Assembly (NCBI GenBank): GCA_045577175.1
Contig: JAZNHT010000023.1
Span: 38,407 to 102,406, forward strand
From: Eubacteriales bacterium
GTDB taxonomy: Bacteria > Bacillota > Clostridia > Oscillospirales > CAG-272
Length of the DNA stretch: 64,000 bases
Reading direction: 5' to 3'
Part shown: positions 35,446 through 46,179 of the stretch, one piece after another
Position numbering within the stretch: the stretch's first letter is position 1
Layout: the number at the start of each line of letters is the position of its first letter
Translations under genes and position numbers: made by a program
The notes under the pieces: model-generated
What the model was told of the DNA's origin: nothing
What the model saw: the letters and a program-made list of their open reading frames with translations, nothing else
Database searches by the model: none

Positions 35446-36528
35446 TCAAGAGGAAATTCTCGATCTGCCGCGCGTGAAGAAAGCCGGAAGCAGGCAGAAC
35501 AAAATAAGCAGGGCGACCTCGGCTAAAACGTACACGGTCGGGGAATCCGAGACGGGGATGACGGTGGAAACCGGTGCGGACGGATGATATGCAAAACGGT
35601 AAAATATCGCGGCGGCACCACCTGTAAGGAATCCCTGTAACGCTTTGCAGATGGCGGCAGGCGCGAGGCGAACGCCGATCGGTGCGGTGAAAAACTTGCA
35701 CTGTGCGAACACGGAGATGCCCGACCAACCGACGGCAAATCCACTCAGAAATGCGCCGAACGCACCGCCGAGATTTGCGGAATACGTGACACCGCCGGTA
35801 AATTCAAGTACAGCAGCAATCGGCGGCAAAACCCACGGTGCGCCCGAACAAAACCGTTTGAGAAACGTGAGTGCTACCGCAAAAAACACCACAAATCCGC
35901 ACACGGTGAGCACGGAGGTAGCTGCGGCGGACACAGCCTCCGCAATCCGCGAAAGGACATCCTTTGAGGATCGTCGGCGGCAAAAATGCGGTTTTTCTTC
36001 CCTCCCCTCCCCGACATCTTTGCGCACACGCGCGTACACGACCCCGATCAAGAGCGCGGAGAGAATTTGCGCGGCGTACACGGCGAGTCCGAAGCCGCGG
36101 CTGCCCCAAAAGTGCGCGCCGACAACCTCGATCACAAACGCGGGACCGGTATTGTTTGACACAGCAATCAGCCGCTCCGTCTGTGCGCGTGAAAGTCTAC
36201 CGTCCACGTACAGCTCGCACGCCGTTTTTGCTCCGACGGGAAATCCGCACAATGCGCCGAGCAAAATTGCCCCGGCGGAATCGGGCGGCAATCGAAGCGC
36301 ACGGCAAAGCGGCGCAAAAAGCCGCCCGAGAGAATCCGTGCATCCGAACGAAACGATCAGCGAGGAGATTACCATATACGGAAACAGAGACGGAATCAAA
36401 ACGTGTGCGCACAGCTTCAAAGCACTCCGCACGGACTCAGCGGCGGCTGAGGACTGCACAAGCAAAAGTAAAGCGCCGGAGAGGACTGCGGCACTCCCCA
36501 TGCGCTGTATGGCAGGATTTCTTTTCAT
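35446..36528 (-). CDS. ylbJ: Sporulation integral membrane protein YlbJ (nucleoside-recognition-domain family)
   Basis: Start MKRNPAIQRMGSAAV at 36528. ESVRSALKLCAHVLIPSLFPYMVISSLIV and a polytopic membrane profile are typical of YlbJ. Confidence 0.75.
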   Translation of the reverse strand: MKRNPAIQRMGSAAVLSGALLLLVQSSAAAESVRSALKLCAHVLIPSLFPYMVISSLIVSFGCTDSLGRLFAPLCRALRLPPDSAGAILLGALCGFPVGAKTACELYVDGRLSRAQTERLIAVSNNTGPAFVIEVVGAHFWGSRGFGLAVYAAQILSALLIGVVYARVRKDVGEGREEKPHFCRRRSSKDVLSRIAEAVSAAATSVLTVCGFVVFFAVALTFLKRFCSGAPWVLPPIAAVLEFTGGVTYSANLGGAFGAFLSGFAVGWSGISVFAQCKFFTAPIGVRLAPAAICKALQGFLTGGAAAIFYRFAYHPSAPVSTVIPVSDSPTVYVLAEVALLILFCLLPAFFTRGRSRISS

Positions 36529-36614
36529 AATGCATTTTCCTTTCGCATGGCACCGCATCGTGCGGCATATGTTAGGATAGGCTTTATAAATCCTATGAAT
36601 CGGGAGGCAATTTG

Positions 36615-36929
36615 ATGCAATCTGCAAAAAACGGGCGCGGCAACCGGCACATTCCTTTCACCCAACGTCTGCACGAAACGCTGGATTTCCCTTTGGAAGG
36701 ATGCAAGGGGATCACACGGGTTGAGGTAATCGGCAAGCATGAGGCAATCGCAGAGGGATGTGAATGCGTGCTCATCTACACGGCAGAATCGATCGTTCTT
36801 CGTATGCGCAAGGGATACGTGCGCATCACAGGAAAGGCTCTGGAGATGGAATCGCTGATCGGTGACCGCATTACGGTACGCGGAATCGTGCAGGCGGTTC
36901 ATCTGTGTGAATCGGAGGCGGCACCGTGA
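36615..36929 (+). CDS. yqfC: Sporulation protein YqfC (YabP/YqfC family)
   Basis: GGGAGG lies 7 nt before ATG 36615. ...ITRVEVIGKHEAIAEGCECVLIYTAESIVLRMRKGYVRITGKALEMESLIGDRITVRG is typical YqfC. Followed by yqfD. Confidence 0.8.
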   Translation: MQSAKNGRGNRHIPFTQRLHETLDFPLEGCKGITRVEVIGKHEAIAEGCECVLIYTAESIVLRMRKGYVRITGKALEMESLIGDRITVRGIVQAVHLCESEAAP

Positions 36930-38101
36930 TGCGCGCCCTTTTGAACGCCATTGAGGGATGGTGCGAGATCCGCGCGGAAAGTACACACACCGCCGACGCT
37001 TTGAATCATTTGAAATCGGCGGGATTTATCCACTGGCGGATGCGAACGGACGAAGCAGGAACACTCCGTTTCCGTCTGCTTCTGAAGGATGCACCGACAT
37101 TTCAAAAGCTCTGCCCCGAGGCAGTCGTCGGACGGGCACACGGGCTCCCTGCACTCCTTGACCGCTATCGCGGCAGATGGGGGATTCCCCTCGGTGCCGT
37201 GCTTTTTTCTCTGCTCGTCTGGCTATCCTGCACGGTAGTGTGGGAGATCGACGTCAGCGGCAACGAACGGCTGACGGAGCGTGAGATACTCACAATGCTG
37301 GAGGAATACGGATTCGGCGTCGGTACGCGCTTGAAAAGCGTGGATTTTGACGTTTTGCAAAACGAATTTCTCCTCACAACGGATAAGATTTCATGGATCG
37401 CGGTCAACATGGAGGGGACGGTCGCGCACGTACAGGTACGGGAAAATCTCGGCGGCAGAAATCTGTCAGACGGAGGAGCAAATGCGGCAAACGTGGTTGC
37501 CGCCGAGGACGGACAGATCGTCGAGGTTCGCGTAATCGGCGGACGTGCCGCCGTACAGCGCGGCGATATTGTGCGCGCAGGGGATCTTCTCATCAGCGGT
37601 GTGCTTTCGGTCAGAGAGGACGGGATGCGGTTTGAGTACGGAAAAGGCGAGGTTTTCGCGCAGGTGCACCGTGTAATCACCGTCGAAGCACCGCTTGCAC
37701 GGGAGGAATTAACCCTTACAGGACGTGAAACAGTGCGAAAAACCGTAAATTTTTTTGCAAAAGATGTAAAACTTTTCAGAAACAGTAGCATTGACTATGC
37801 AACTTATGATACAATAATAATGGAGAAACAGTTGTCTCTGCCAGGTGGGATCACTTTACCGATATGGATCACTACGGAAACGGCGCGAGAAACGGCACCG
37901 ACAACGGTTACCCGATCCGAAGCGGAAGCGTTTGCCGATGCCGCAATGTTGCTCAAAGCGGAGATGGATGCACTGCTTGCGGAAGCTGAAATTCTGTCGA
38001 TGGAGACGGAGCATGTCTGTGAGGATGGGGTATACCGTATCACCGTGCACGCCGTCTGCCTTGCCGATATTGCGCAAACGCGCGAGATCGATCTCCACTG
38101 A
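36926..38101 (+). CDS. yqfD: Stage IV sporulation protein YqfD
   Basis: Overlaps the yqfC stop. Central TM segment GIPLGAVLFSLLVWLSCTVVWEIDVSGNERLTEREIL is typical YqfD. Conserved yqfC-yqfD-phoH synteny. Confidence 0.8.
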   Translation: MMRALLNAIEGWCEIRAESTHTADALNHLKSAGFIHWRMRTDEAGTLRFRLLLKDAPTFQKLCPEAVVGRAHGLPALLDRYRGRWGIPLGAVLFSLLVWLSCTVVWEIDVSGNERLTEREILTMLEEYGFGVGTRLKSVDFDVLQNEFLLTTDKISWIAVNMEGTVAHVQVRENLGGRNLSDGGANAANVVAAEDGQIVEVRVIGGRAAVQRGDIVRAGDLLISGVLSVREDGMRFEYGKGEVFAQVHRVITVEAPLAREELTLTGRETVRKTVNFFAKDVKLFRNSSIDYATYDTIIMEKQLSLPGGITLPIWITTETARETAPTTVTRSEAEAFADAAMLLKAEMDALLAEAEILSMETEHVCEDGVYRITVHAVCLADIAQTREIDLH

Positions 38102-38137
38102 TTTTACAAAACGAATCTACAGATTGGACGATACTAC

Positions 38138-39172
38138 ATGACACAGAAAAAAATTCTTACCCCCTCCCCCGAAATCACAAAGCGGATTTTCGGATCCTTC
38201 GACTGCCATGCGCGACGTTTGGAGGAGGCGTTCGGCATCCGTATGTACAACAGCGGTGCCGACGGCGACGGCGACTGCATCACGCTGGAGGGCGAAAGCG
38301 ATGCCGTGAACCGTGCGGCGGAGGCAGTTGCCTATCTGAAAAAAGTTGCCGCGATGGGGGACGATCTCACCGATCAGAGCGTGGATTACGTAATCCGCAT
38401 GGTAAGTGAGGGGGCAACGGAGCAGCTCTCCGAGCTGGATGACGACTGCTTCCTTGTAACAGCACGGGGAAAACCGGTGAAGGCGAAAACGGTCGGACAG
38501 AAGAAATATGTAGACGCGATCCGCAAAAACACGATCGTCATCTGTGCAGGTCCTGCCGGTACTGGAAAAACGTATCTCGCCGTGGCGATGGCTGTCAAGG
38601 CACTCCGCTCGCATGAGATTTCAAGAATCATTCTCACCCGTCCTGCCGTGGAAGCGGGCGAGAAGCTCGGCTTCTTACCCGGCGATCTCCAGAGCAAAAT
38701 TGACCCGTACCTGCGTCCTTTATACGACGCACTCTATGAGATGATGGGCGCGGAGACGGTCACACGACTGATGGAGAAGATGACGATCGAGATCGCGCCG
38801 CTTGCGTACATGCGCGGACGGACGCTGGACGATTCGTTTATCATCCTGGATGAGGCGCAGAACACGACGGAGGAGCAGATGAAGATGTTCCTCACCCGTC
38901 TCGGTGCGGGATCGAAAATCGTCGTGACGGGCGATCTGACGCAGACCGATTTGCCCGACGGCAAAAAAAGCGGCCTTGCCGCCACGGTAAAGATTCTCTC
39001 GGGCATCGAGGGGATCGCCGTACACGAATTTACGGAACGGGATGTGGTGCGCCACCGTCTCGTGCAGAAAATCATCATGGCATATGATCGCTATGAACGG
39101 GACAAAAAAGCCAAAGCGGCACAAAGACGCGAGGAAATGAAGAAATTCAGCGCGTCCCGTCCGCAGAAATAA
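38138..39172 (+). CDS. phoH: PhoH-family ATPase (PhoH/YbeZ)
   Basis: Walker A GPAGTGKTYLAVA; ...RIILTRPAVEAGEKLGFLPGDL..K..PYLRPLYDAL...; Walker B FIILDEAQN. Confidence 0.9.
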   Translation: MTQKKILTPSPEITKRIFGSFDCHARRLEEAFGIRMYNSGADGDGDCITLEGESDAVNRAAEAVAYLKKVAAMGDDLTDQSVDYVIRMVSEGATEQLSELDDDCFLVTARGKPVKAKTVGQKKYVDAIRKNTIVICAGPAGTGKTYLAVAMAVKALRSHEISRIILTRPAVEAGEKLGFLPGDLQSKIDPYLRPLYDALYEMMGAETVTRLMEKMTIEIAPLAYMRGRTLDDSFIILDEAQNTTEEQMKMFLTRLGAGSKIVVTGDLTQTDLPDGKKSGLAATVKILSGIEGIAVHEFTERDVVRHRLVQKIIMAYDRYERDKKAKAAQRREEMKKFSASRPQK

Positions 39173-39185
39173 AAGGAGCTATCTT

Positions 39186-39650
39186 ATGAATATCAGCATT
39201 GATTTTTCCCGAAAGAATATTTTTCACGTCAATATCGGTCTGTATCTGACCGTTACGAAAGCGGTCAAGGCCGCACTTCTCTACGAAAAATTCCACCAGC
39301 CCTCACACATCTCCGTCACGTTTACGGATAACGAGGGCATCCGCGCGCTTAACCGCGAATACCGCGACAAGGATGCCCCGACGGACGTGCTCTCCTTTCC
39401 GCAGTACGATTTCGCCGCCGGGGAGACGCCCGATCCCGAATTTCTCTGCGAGCTCGGCGACATCGTGATCTCTTTGGAGAAAGCGAAGGAACAGGCGAAG
39501 GAAATCGGGCACGGATACAAGCGCGAGGTCGCGTTCCTTGCCGTGCACTCCGTTCTCCATCTGCTCGGATACGATCACGAGCACTCCGAGGCGGATGACG
39601 AAGAGATGTGCCGCCGTCAGCGCGAGATCATCGCCACGGTTGATTTTTGA
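39186..39650 (+). CDS. ybeY: rRNA maturation endoribonuclease YbeY
   Basis: Zinc motif HSVLHLLGYDHE; ...TDVLSFP... Confidence 0.9.
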   Translation: MNISIDFSRKNIFHVNIGLYLTVTKAVKAALLYEKFHQPSHISVTFTDNEGIRALNREYRDKDAPTDVLSFPQYDFAAGETPDPEFLCELGDIVISLEKAKEQAKEIGHGYKREVAFLAVHSVLHLLGYDHEHSEADDEEMCRRQREIIATVDF

Positions 39651-39705
39651 CATCCGCCGAAATGAAATAGACAAACGTAAAACATTCTGAGTGAGAAAAA
39701 CCAAC

Positions 39706-40629
39706 ATGAGTGAAGTAAAAAAGATTGACAATACATCCATGCGCACCGCGTTTATCGCGATCGTGGGACGCCCGAACGTGGGTAAATCCACCCTTATGAA
39801 CGCAATGCTCGGCGAGAAAATCGCCATCGTATCCGCAAAGCCGCAGACAACGCGCAACCGCATCACGGGTATTCTGACAGAGGGCGGCGATCAGTTCGTA
39901 TTTCTGGACACCCCCGGCATCCACAAGCCGAAAAACAAGCTCGGCTCGTACATGATGAAATCCGTCTCCTCCGCCATCGGCGGCGCGGATGCGGTCATCA
40001 TGATCGTCGAGGCGGGGCACCCTGCCGGAGAAACGGAAAAGAGAATCATCGAGAACGTAAAGCAGCTGGAGCTGCCGGCGATTCTTGTACTGAATAAAAT
40101 CGACCTGATTAACAAAGAAAAGCTCGCGGAGACGATCGCGGAGTACGCCGCACTGCACGATTTTGACGCATTCGTACCGACTGCCGCCGAAAAGGGCAAG
40201 AACGTGGAAATCGTCCTTGAGGAAGCGAAGCGCTATCTCATGGACGGACCGTGGTTCTTCCCCGGCGACATTGCGACGGATCAGCCGGAAAGACAGATCG
40301 CCGCGGAGGTGATCCGCGAGAAAATTCTCCGCACGCTGAACGAGGAAATCCCCCACGGCACCGCTGTCGTGATCGAGGAATTCAAGGACGAGGAGACGCT
40401 CATCAGCATCCGCGCGGAGATTTTCTGTGAAAAGCAGTCGCACAAGGGCATCATCGTGGGCAAGGGCGGCGCTACGCTCAAGAAAATCGGCTCGCACGCC
40501 CGTGAGGATCTGGAGGCATTCTTCGGCGTGAAGGTGTATCTGAATCTTTGGGTGAAAGTCAAAGAAAAGTGGCGTGACAGCGACACCAGTCTGAACAATT
40601 TCGGCTTCAATCCGAAGGATCTCCTCTGA
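39706..40629 (+). CDS. era: GTPase Era
   Basis: G1 GRPNVGKST, G3 DTPG, G4 NKID, and a C-terminal KH domain (GIIVGKGGATLKKIG). Start taken as MSEVKK at 39706; the ORF-track GTG at 39691 is possible. Confidence 0.9.
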   Translation: MSEVKKIDNTSMRTAFIAIVGRPNVGKSTLMNAMLGEKIAIVSAKPQTTRNRITGILTEGGDQFVFLDTPGIHKPKNKLGSYMMKSVSSAIGGADAVIMIVEAGHPAGETEKRIIENVKQLELPAILVLNKIDLINKEKLAETIAEYAALHDFDAFVPTAAEKGKNVEIVLEEAKRYLMDGPWFFPGDIATDQPERQIAAEVIREKILRTLNEEIPHGTAVVIEEFKDEETLISIRAEIFCEKQSHKGIIVGKGGATLKKIGSHAREDLEAFFGVKVYLNLWVKVKEKWRDSDTSLNNFGFNPKDLL

Positions 40630-41417
40630 TGGAGCTTACAAATGTCCGCGGACTTGTTGTAAGAGAAACGCCGGTCGGCGAATATGACAAGCTGCTCACC
40701 GTTGTGACGGAGGAGATGGGACGTATTACCGTTTCCGGCAAGGCAATCCGCAGTCTCAAAAGCAAGCACATGCCTGCGACACAGCTCTTCTGCTACAGCT
40801 CTTTCACGCTCAAAAAATCGCACGGGTACTACTACATCTCGGACAGTGCGCTGATAGAGAGCTTTTACGGGATCAGACTCGATCTCGACCGCTTAGCACT
40901 TGCCTCCTATCTCTGCGACGTGGCGGCGGAGATGGCGGTGGAGGGCGTGGGAGACGAGGAGCTTTTGCGCCTGACGCTGAACGCCCTGTACGCCCTCGCA
41001 AACAACAAGGAAATCCCGATTCCGCAACTGAAAGCAGCGTTTGAACTGCGCTGTGCCGCCATTGAGGGATTTCTGCCGAATCTCACTGCGTGCGATGTAT
41101 GCGGATGCGCTCCGAACGAAGCGGAGCGGCTGTATCTCGACGTGATGAACGGACGCCTGCTCTGCAAAAGCTGCCTGCGCAACGTTCGCCACACGGAGGA
41201 TCCTGTGGATGAGGGAACGGCGCACATCTATCTCCGCTTGACACCTGCCGTATACGAGGCGATGCGCTACGTCACCGAAGCGCAGGCGGCGCGCTTTCTC
41301 TCGTTTCATCTCGCTGCGGACGAGCTGCCCTTATTTGCTAACGTATGCGAAAAATACCTGCTCAATCATATCGAGCACGGATTCTACACACTGGACTTTT
41401 ACAAATCTATCTTATAA
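40629..41417 (+). CDS. recO: DNA repair protein RecO
   Basis: The ATG overlaps the era stop. N-terminal OB fold GLVVRETPVGEYDKLLTVVTEEMGRITVSGKA. Cys cluster CDVCGC...CKSC. Confidence 0.85.
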   Translation: MELTNVRGLVVRETPVGEYDKLLTVVTEEMGRITVSGKAIRSLKSKHMPATQLFCYSSFTLKKSHGYYYISDSALIESFYGIRLDLDRLALASYLCDVAAEMAVEGVGDEELLRLTLNALYALANNKEIPIPQLKAAFELRCAAIEGFLPNLTACDVCGCAPNEAERLYLDVMNGRLLCKSCLRNVRHTEDPVDEGTAHIYLRLTPAVYEAMRYVTEAQAARFLSFHLAADELPLFANVCEKYLLNHIEHGFYTLDFYKSIL

Positions 41418-41456
41418 GACGTTTCCCTTTGGGGAATCGGAGGGTTTACTGAAAAA

Positions 41457-43841
41457 ATGAGTTTTCGTGATAAAACACTGACCACGCTGGAATTTGACAA
41501 AATCCGCGCGCGTCTTACAGAGATCGCGGCAACGGACGGTGCGAAAGCTGCCGCCGCCAAGCTCTGCCCCTCGGATGACGCGATGGAAATCCGCCGCAGG
41601 CTTACACGGACGACGGATGCACGCCGTCTCGCGATGATAAAAGGGCTGCCGCCGTTTTCGGGCGTTACGGATGTCGGAGATTCGCTTGAGCGCGCTGTCA
41701 AGGGCGCGTCGCTCTCCGCAAGAGAACTGCTGGATGTCGCTTCCCTGCTCACATGCACGCGCGCGCTGATTGACTACCGCGAGGGCGAGATGGGGCTTGA
41801 GACGGTTCTGGATGAGGTATTCGAACGGCTTATCCCGAATCGGACGCTGGAGGAAAGAATCACCCGTGCCATCATCGCGGAGGATATTATCGCGGACGAG
41901 GCAAGCACCCTGCTCGCCGACATCCGCCGCAAAATCCGCAACGTGAACAGCAAGATCAAGGACGTGCTGGCAAAATACACGGGCGGTGCCTACGGAAAAT
42001 ATCTTCAGGAGAACATCGTAACCACCCGTGACGGGCGATACGTCGTTCCCGTGAAAATCGAGCACCGCGGTGAGGTCAAGGGCTTGGTGCACGACACCTC
42101 CGCCTCTGGCGCGACCGTGTTTATTGAGCCGATGGCGGTCGTGGATGCGAACAACGAGCTTCGTGAGCTCCAGAGCAAGGAGGCCCACGAGATCGAGCGT
42201 ATTTTAGCGGAGTTTTCCGCCGCGGTTGCAGATACCGCCGACACCATCGAGCGCAACTATTACAACATCACCGATCTGGCGCTGGTATTCGCCTGCGCGG
42301 CTCTTTCCATCGAAATGGACGCCTCCGAACCGGAAATCACCGAGGCGCGCAAAGTCTCGCTCCGTGAGGCACGCCATCCGCTTTTGGACAAGAAAAAAGT
42401 CGTACCGATCACGGTTTCGCTCGGCGGTGCGTATGATACGCTCGTCATCACCGGTCCGAACACGGGCGGTAAGACGGTCACTTTGAAAACGATCGGACTT
42501 TTCTGCCTGATGGCACAGGCAGGACTGCACATCCCCGCCGAGCCGGGCTCTATCGTGTGCGTATTTGACGCTATTTACTCCGACATCGGTGACGAGCAGA
42601 GCATCGAGCAGTCGCTTTCCACCTTCTCCGCGCACATGGTGGGGATCGTCTCCGTAATTCGGGAAATGACGCCGGATTCGCTTGTTTTGTTCGACGAGCT
42701 CGGTGCCGGTACCGATCCCGTAGAGGGTGCGGCACTTGCCATGTCCATCCTTGAGGAGGTACGGCGCGTCGGCTGTCTCTGCGCCGCGACAACGCACTAT
42801 GCCGAACTGAAGGCATACGCGCTTGAAACGGCGGGCGTGACGAACGCCTCGTGTGAATTTGACGTGGAGACGCTCCGTCCGACGTACCGACTGATTATCG
42901 GCACGCCGGGTAAATCCAACGCATTTGCAATCTCCGAAAAGCTCGGTCTGCCCGAGAAAATCGTGGCGCGTGCCTCCCAATTCGTGGAGACGGGCGCGAG
43001 AGATTTCGAAGCCGTGATCGCAAAGCTGGAGGAAACACGCCTACAGCTCCAGAGCGAGCGCGAGGAGGCGGAACGCCTGCGTCGGGAATACGAGCAGTTC
43101 AAGGCGAAGGCGGAGACAAAGCTCAAGCAGAAAATCGGCACGGCGGAAAAAGATGCCGAGCGTATGCGTGCGCAGGCGGAGCAGATGCTTCTGAGCGCGA
43201 AGGCGACGAGCAACTTCATCTACGATCAGCTTGAAAAGCTGAAAAAGGAAAAGGATGCCGCCGATCTCGCCGCGAAGATGTCGCAGACGAAAAAAGACAT
43301 CCGCGACCGCATCCGCGACTACGAAAGCCGCGTGTACGATCCCGAGGATGGCACAGCGGACAAGGATTACGTCCTTCCCCGTCCCCTCAAAAAAGGCGAC
43401 CGCGTCAAGCACCGCAATCTCGGTACGATCGGTGTGCTCGTGGAGGAGCCGGACAAAAAAGGCAACGTATCCGTGCGGATGGGACAGGTGAAAACACGCG
43501 CAAACGTGAAGGAACTCCGTCTGATCGCCGATGCGGAGACGGATGAGCAGCGCGACCGCAAAAATCAAAAGCAGTACCGCGCGATCGTCAGCCGCGAGTT
43601 CAAGCCGGAGCTCGACGTGCGCGGTCAGATCGGTGACGATGCATGGTTCATGGTGGACAAGTATCTCGACGAGGCAAACGTCGCAGGCATCCATTCCGTG
43701 ACAGTCATTCACGGAAAAGGAACGGGCGCGCTCCGCGCCGCGATCTGGTCGCGACTGAAAAACGACAAGCGCGTGACCTCGTTCCGCGCTGGTGCATACG
43801 GCGAGGGTGATTACGGTGTGACCGTGATCGATCTGAAATAA
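41457..43841 (+). CDS. mutS2: Endonuclease MutS2 (MutS domain V ATPase plus C-terminal Smr)
   Basis: Walker A GPNTGGKTVTLKT; DELGAGTDP; C-terminal Smr LDVRGQ...VTVIHGKGTGALR. Confidence 0.9.
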   Translation: MSFRDKTLTTLEFDKIRARLTEIAATDGAKAAAAKLCPSDDAMEIRRRLTRTTDARRLAMIKGLPPFSGVTDVGDSLERAVKGASLSARELLDVASLLTCTRALIDYREGEMGLETVLDEVFERLIPNRTLEERITRAIIAEDIIADEASTLLADIRRKIRNVNSKIKDVLAKYTGGAYGKYLQENIVTTRDGRYVVPVKIEHRGEVKGLVHDTSASGATVFIEPMAVVDANNELRELQSKEAHEIERILAEFSAAVADTADTIERNYYNITDLALVFACAALSIEMDASEPEITEARKVSLREARHPLLDKKKVVPITVSLGGAYDTLVITGPNTGGKTVTLKTIGLFCLMAQAGLHIPAEPGSIVCVFDAIYSDIGDEQSIEQSLSTFSAHMVGIVSVIREMTPDSLVLFDELGAGTDPVEGAALAMSILEEVRRVGCLCAATTHYAELKAYALETAGVTNASCEFDVETLRPTYRLIIGTPGKSNAFAISEKLGLPEKIVARASQFVETGARDFEAVIAKLEETRLQLQSEREEAERLRREYEQFKAKAETKLKQKIGTAEKDAERMRAQAEQMLLSAKATSNFIYDQLEKLKKEKDAADLAAKMSQTKKDIRDRIRDYESRVYDPEDGTADKDYVLPRPLKKGDRVKHRNLGTIGVLVEEPDKKGNVSVRMGQVKTRANVKELRLIADAETDEQRDRKNQKQYRAIVSREFKPELDVRGQIGDDAWFMVDKYLDEANVAGIHSVTVIHGKGTGALRAAIWSRLKNDKRVTSFRAGAYGEGDYGVTVIDLK

Positions 43842-43944
43842 AGACAAAAACCGACAAAGGATGTGCATAAACCATTGCTTTTTGATAAAAGAAATGGTAT
43901 AATGATTACAGAATTTATCACGGCAAGTGAAAAGGAGATATAAA

Positions 43945-44817
43945 ATGGCAACTTTCCGCTTCAGCGCATTCGCTGACGAATATTCCCCGAACTTTGACGA
44001 GCAGATCAAGGGACTTCTCGAAAACGGTATTCACCTGATTGAGCCGCGCGGCATTGACGGCGTCAACATTTCCGACATCACCACCGAAAAGGCGGAGGAA
44101 ATCAAAAAGAAGCTGGACAAGGCCGGCATCGGCATCTCCGCCATCGGCTCCCCGATCGGCAAGGTCGATCCGAATGACGATTTTGAGGCGCACAAGATGA
44201 AGCTGCGCCGCACCTGCGAGATCGCGAAAATCCTCGGGGCTACCCGTATCCGTATGTTCAGCTTCTTCATGCCGAAGGATGTAGAGGATTATTCCGCGTA
44301 CAAGGATCTCGTCATCTCCCGTATCGGTGAGATGCTCGACATCGCCGACGAGTACGGCATCAAGCTCTGCCACGAGAATGAAAAGGGCATCTACGGCGAC
44401 ACGCCCGAGCGTTGCCTTGAGCTTCTGAAGGCGCACGAGGGACGTCTCGGCTGTGTGTTTGATCCCGCCAACTTCATTCAGGTAGGCGCAACGCCCTGCC
44501 CCGATGCGCTCAATCTTCTGCGCCCGTACATCACGTATATGCACATTAAGGAGTGCGGTGCAAACGGCACAATCGTTCTCCCCGGCACCGGCGTCGGCGG
44601 TATTCCCGAGACGCTCGCCGTCCTCAACCGCACGATGACGGAGGATGTTATCGTCACGATGGAGCCGCATCTGCAGCACTTCGTCGGTCTCGATGCACTG
44701 GAAAACGGCGAGAAAACGCAGATCGAAGCAAGCGCATTCTCCTCCGCCGAGGAGGCGTTCTCCACCGCTGTTACCTATGCACGGATGTGTATGCCGCGCA
44801 CGGCAACTGTCCTTTAA
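43945..44817 (+). CDS. Sugar phosphate isomerase/epimerase (xylose-isomerase-like TIM barrel)
   Basis: AAAGGAG RBS before ATG 43945 (MATFRFSAFADEY). ...GATRIRMFSF...CHENEKGIYGDTPERC... is typical of the AP_endonuc_2 family. Confidence 0.7.
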   Translation: MATFRFSAFADEYSPNFDEQIKGLLENGIHLIEPRGIDGVNISDITTEKAEEIKKKLDKAGIGISAIGSPIGKVDPNDDFEAHKMKLRRTCEIAKILGATRIRMFSFFMPKDVEDYSAYKDLVISRIGEMLDIADEYGIKLCHENEKGIYGDTPERCLELLKAHEGRLGCVFDPANFIQVGATPCPDALNLLRPYITYMHIKECGANGTIVLPGTGVGGIPETLAVLNRTMTEDVIVTMEPHLQHFVGLDALENGEKTQIEASAFSSAEEAFSTAVTYARMCMPRTATVL

Positions 44818-44883
44818 TGAATACGAAAACGGAACGGGCGGCAACGCTCGCTCCGTTTCCCTGTTTAATTACGGAGTAAATCT

Positions 44884-46179
44884 ATGCTGAAATTTTCAAA
44901 AAAATGGACGGCACTGCTGCTTTGCGCGTGCCTTCTGACCACTTCCCTCACAGGGTGCGTATCCTTCAGACCGGCACCCGGTGTCGGTCGGGACACATCC
45001 ACCTCGCCGTCCGATCTGACGGATGTAACAGATTCGGAAACGGTCGGGACGGATGCGCCCGACAGTACCGATTCCGCCACGGATACGACTGCGCCCGTCT
45101 CAACGGAGCCGCCGGAAACCGAACCGCCGCTGCCTGCGGAATACAGAGCATCCGTTGTCGCGGTCGGTGACAATCTGATTCACGAATCGGTGTATCTCGA
45201 CGCGCAAAAACGCGCCGCCGACGGTGCGGAATACGATTTCGTACCGATGTACGCCCCGATCGCCGACACGATTGCCGCGGCGGATATTGCGTTTATCAAC
45301 CAGGAAACGCCGATGGCAGGCAAATCATACGGCTATTCGGGTTATCCGACGTTCAACTCCCCGAGAGAGGTCGCTGAGGCACTTGTGGAGGTCGGCTTTG
45401 ACGTGGTGAATCTCGCCACAAATCACCTGTTTGACAAGCACAATGACGGTGCAAAAGCAACGGTTGAGTATATGCAGTCGCTCCCCGTTACGACGATAGG
45501 CGCATATTTGAATGAAGAGGATTACGAGAACATCCGCGTGACCGAGGTGAACGGCATCCGTATCGCGTGGGTTGCCTTCTGTCAGAAATCCAATTACGCC
45601 TACAATCCCGCACAGCACAGCGTCATTATGCCGATGATGAACGATGACGCCGCCATCCGTGCACGGGTGCAGGCGGCGGACGCCATCGCCGATTTCGTGA
45701 TCGTCTCCGCGCACTGGGGCGAGGAGGTCGCCGAAATTTATCCCGAAACGAGACGGCTCGCCGCGCTGATTGCGGAAGCAGGTGCGGACGTGATTCTCGG
45801 GCATCACTCGCACATCCTGCAAGGGGTGGAGTGGATCACGACTGCGGACGGAAGCCGCACGCTTGTGGCATACTCGCTCGGCAACTTCATCTCGACGCAG
45901 TACTATGCGAAAAACATGATCGGCGGTATGCTTTCGTTTGAAATCGTGATGAAGGACGGCGTATGCCGGATTGAGTCCCCGATTTTGAATCCGACCGTTA
46001 CCCAGTACAGCATGAACCGCGACAGTCTGGAGGTCTATCTCCTTGAGGATTACACCGAGGAGCTCGCGAAAGCACACGGCACAAACTATCACTCCCCCGG
46101 CTACTCCGTCGCGTGGATTTACAAGCACGTCACGTCCATTATCACGGACGAATTCTTACCTGCCTATTTTGAGGGATGA
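44884..46179 (+). CDS. CapA-family (PGA_cap metallophosphatase-like) lipoprotein
   Basis: Lipobox LTGC, then a D/T/S/P/E-rich linker. VVAVGDNLIHE...FINQETP...VVNLATNHLFD...IVSAHWGEE...VILGHHSHILQG. Confidence 0.8.
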   Translation: MLKFSKKWTALLLCACLLTTSLTGCVSFRPAPGVGRDTSTSPSDLTDVTDSETVGTDAPDSTDSATDTTAPVSTEPPETEPPLPAEYRASVVAVGDNLIHESVYLDAQKRAADGAEYDFVPMYAPIADTIAAADIAFINQETPMAGKSYGYSGYPTFNSPREVAEALVEVGFDVVNLATNHLFDKHNDGAKATVEYMQSLPVTTIGAYLNEEDYENIRVTEVNGIRIAWVAFCQKSNYAYNPAQHSVIMPMMNDDAAIRARVQAADAIADFVIVSAHWGEEVAEIYPETRRLAALIAEAGADVILGHHSHILQGVEWITTADGSRTLVAYSLGNFISTQYYAKNMIGGMLSFEIVMKDGVCRIESPILNPTVTQYSMNRDSLEVYLLEDYTEELAKAHGTNYHSPGYSVAWIYKHVTSIITDEFLPAYFEG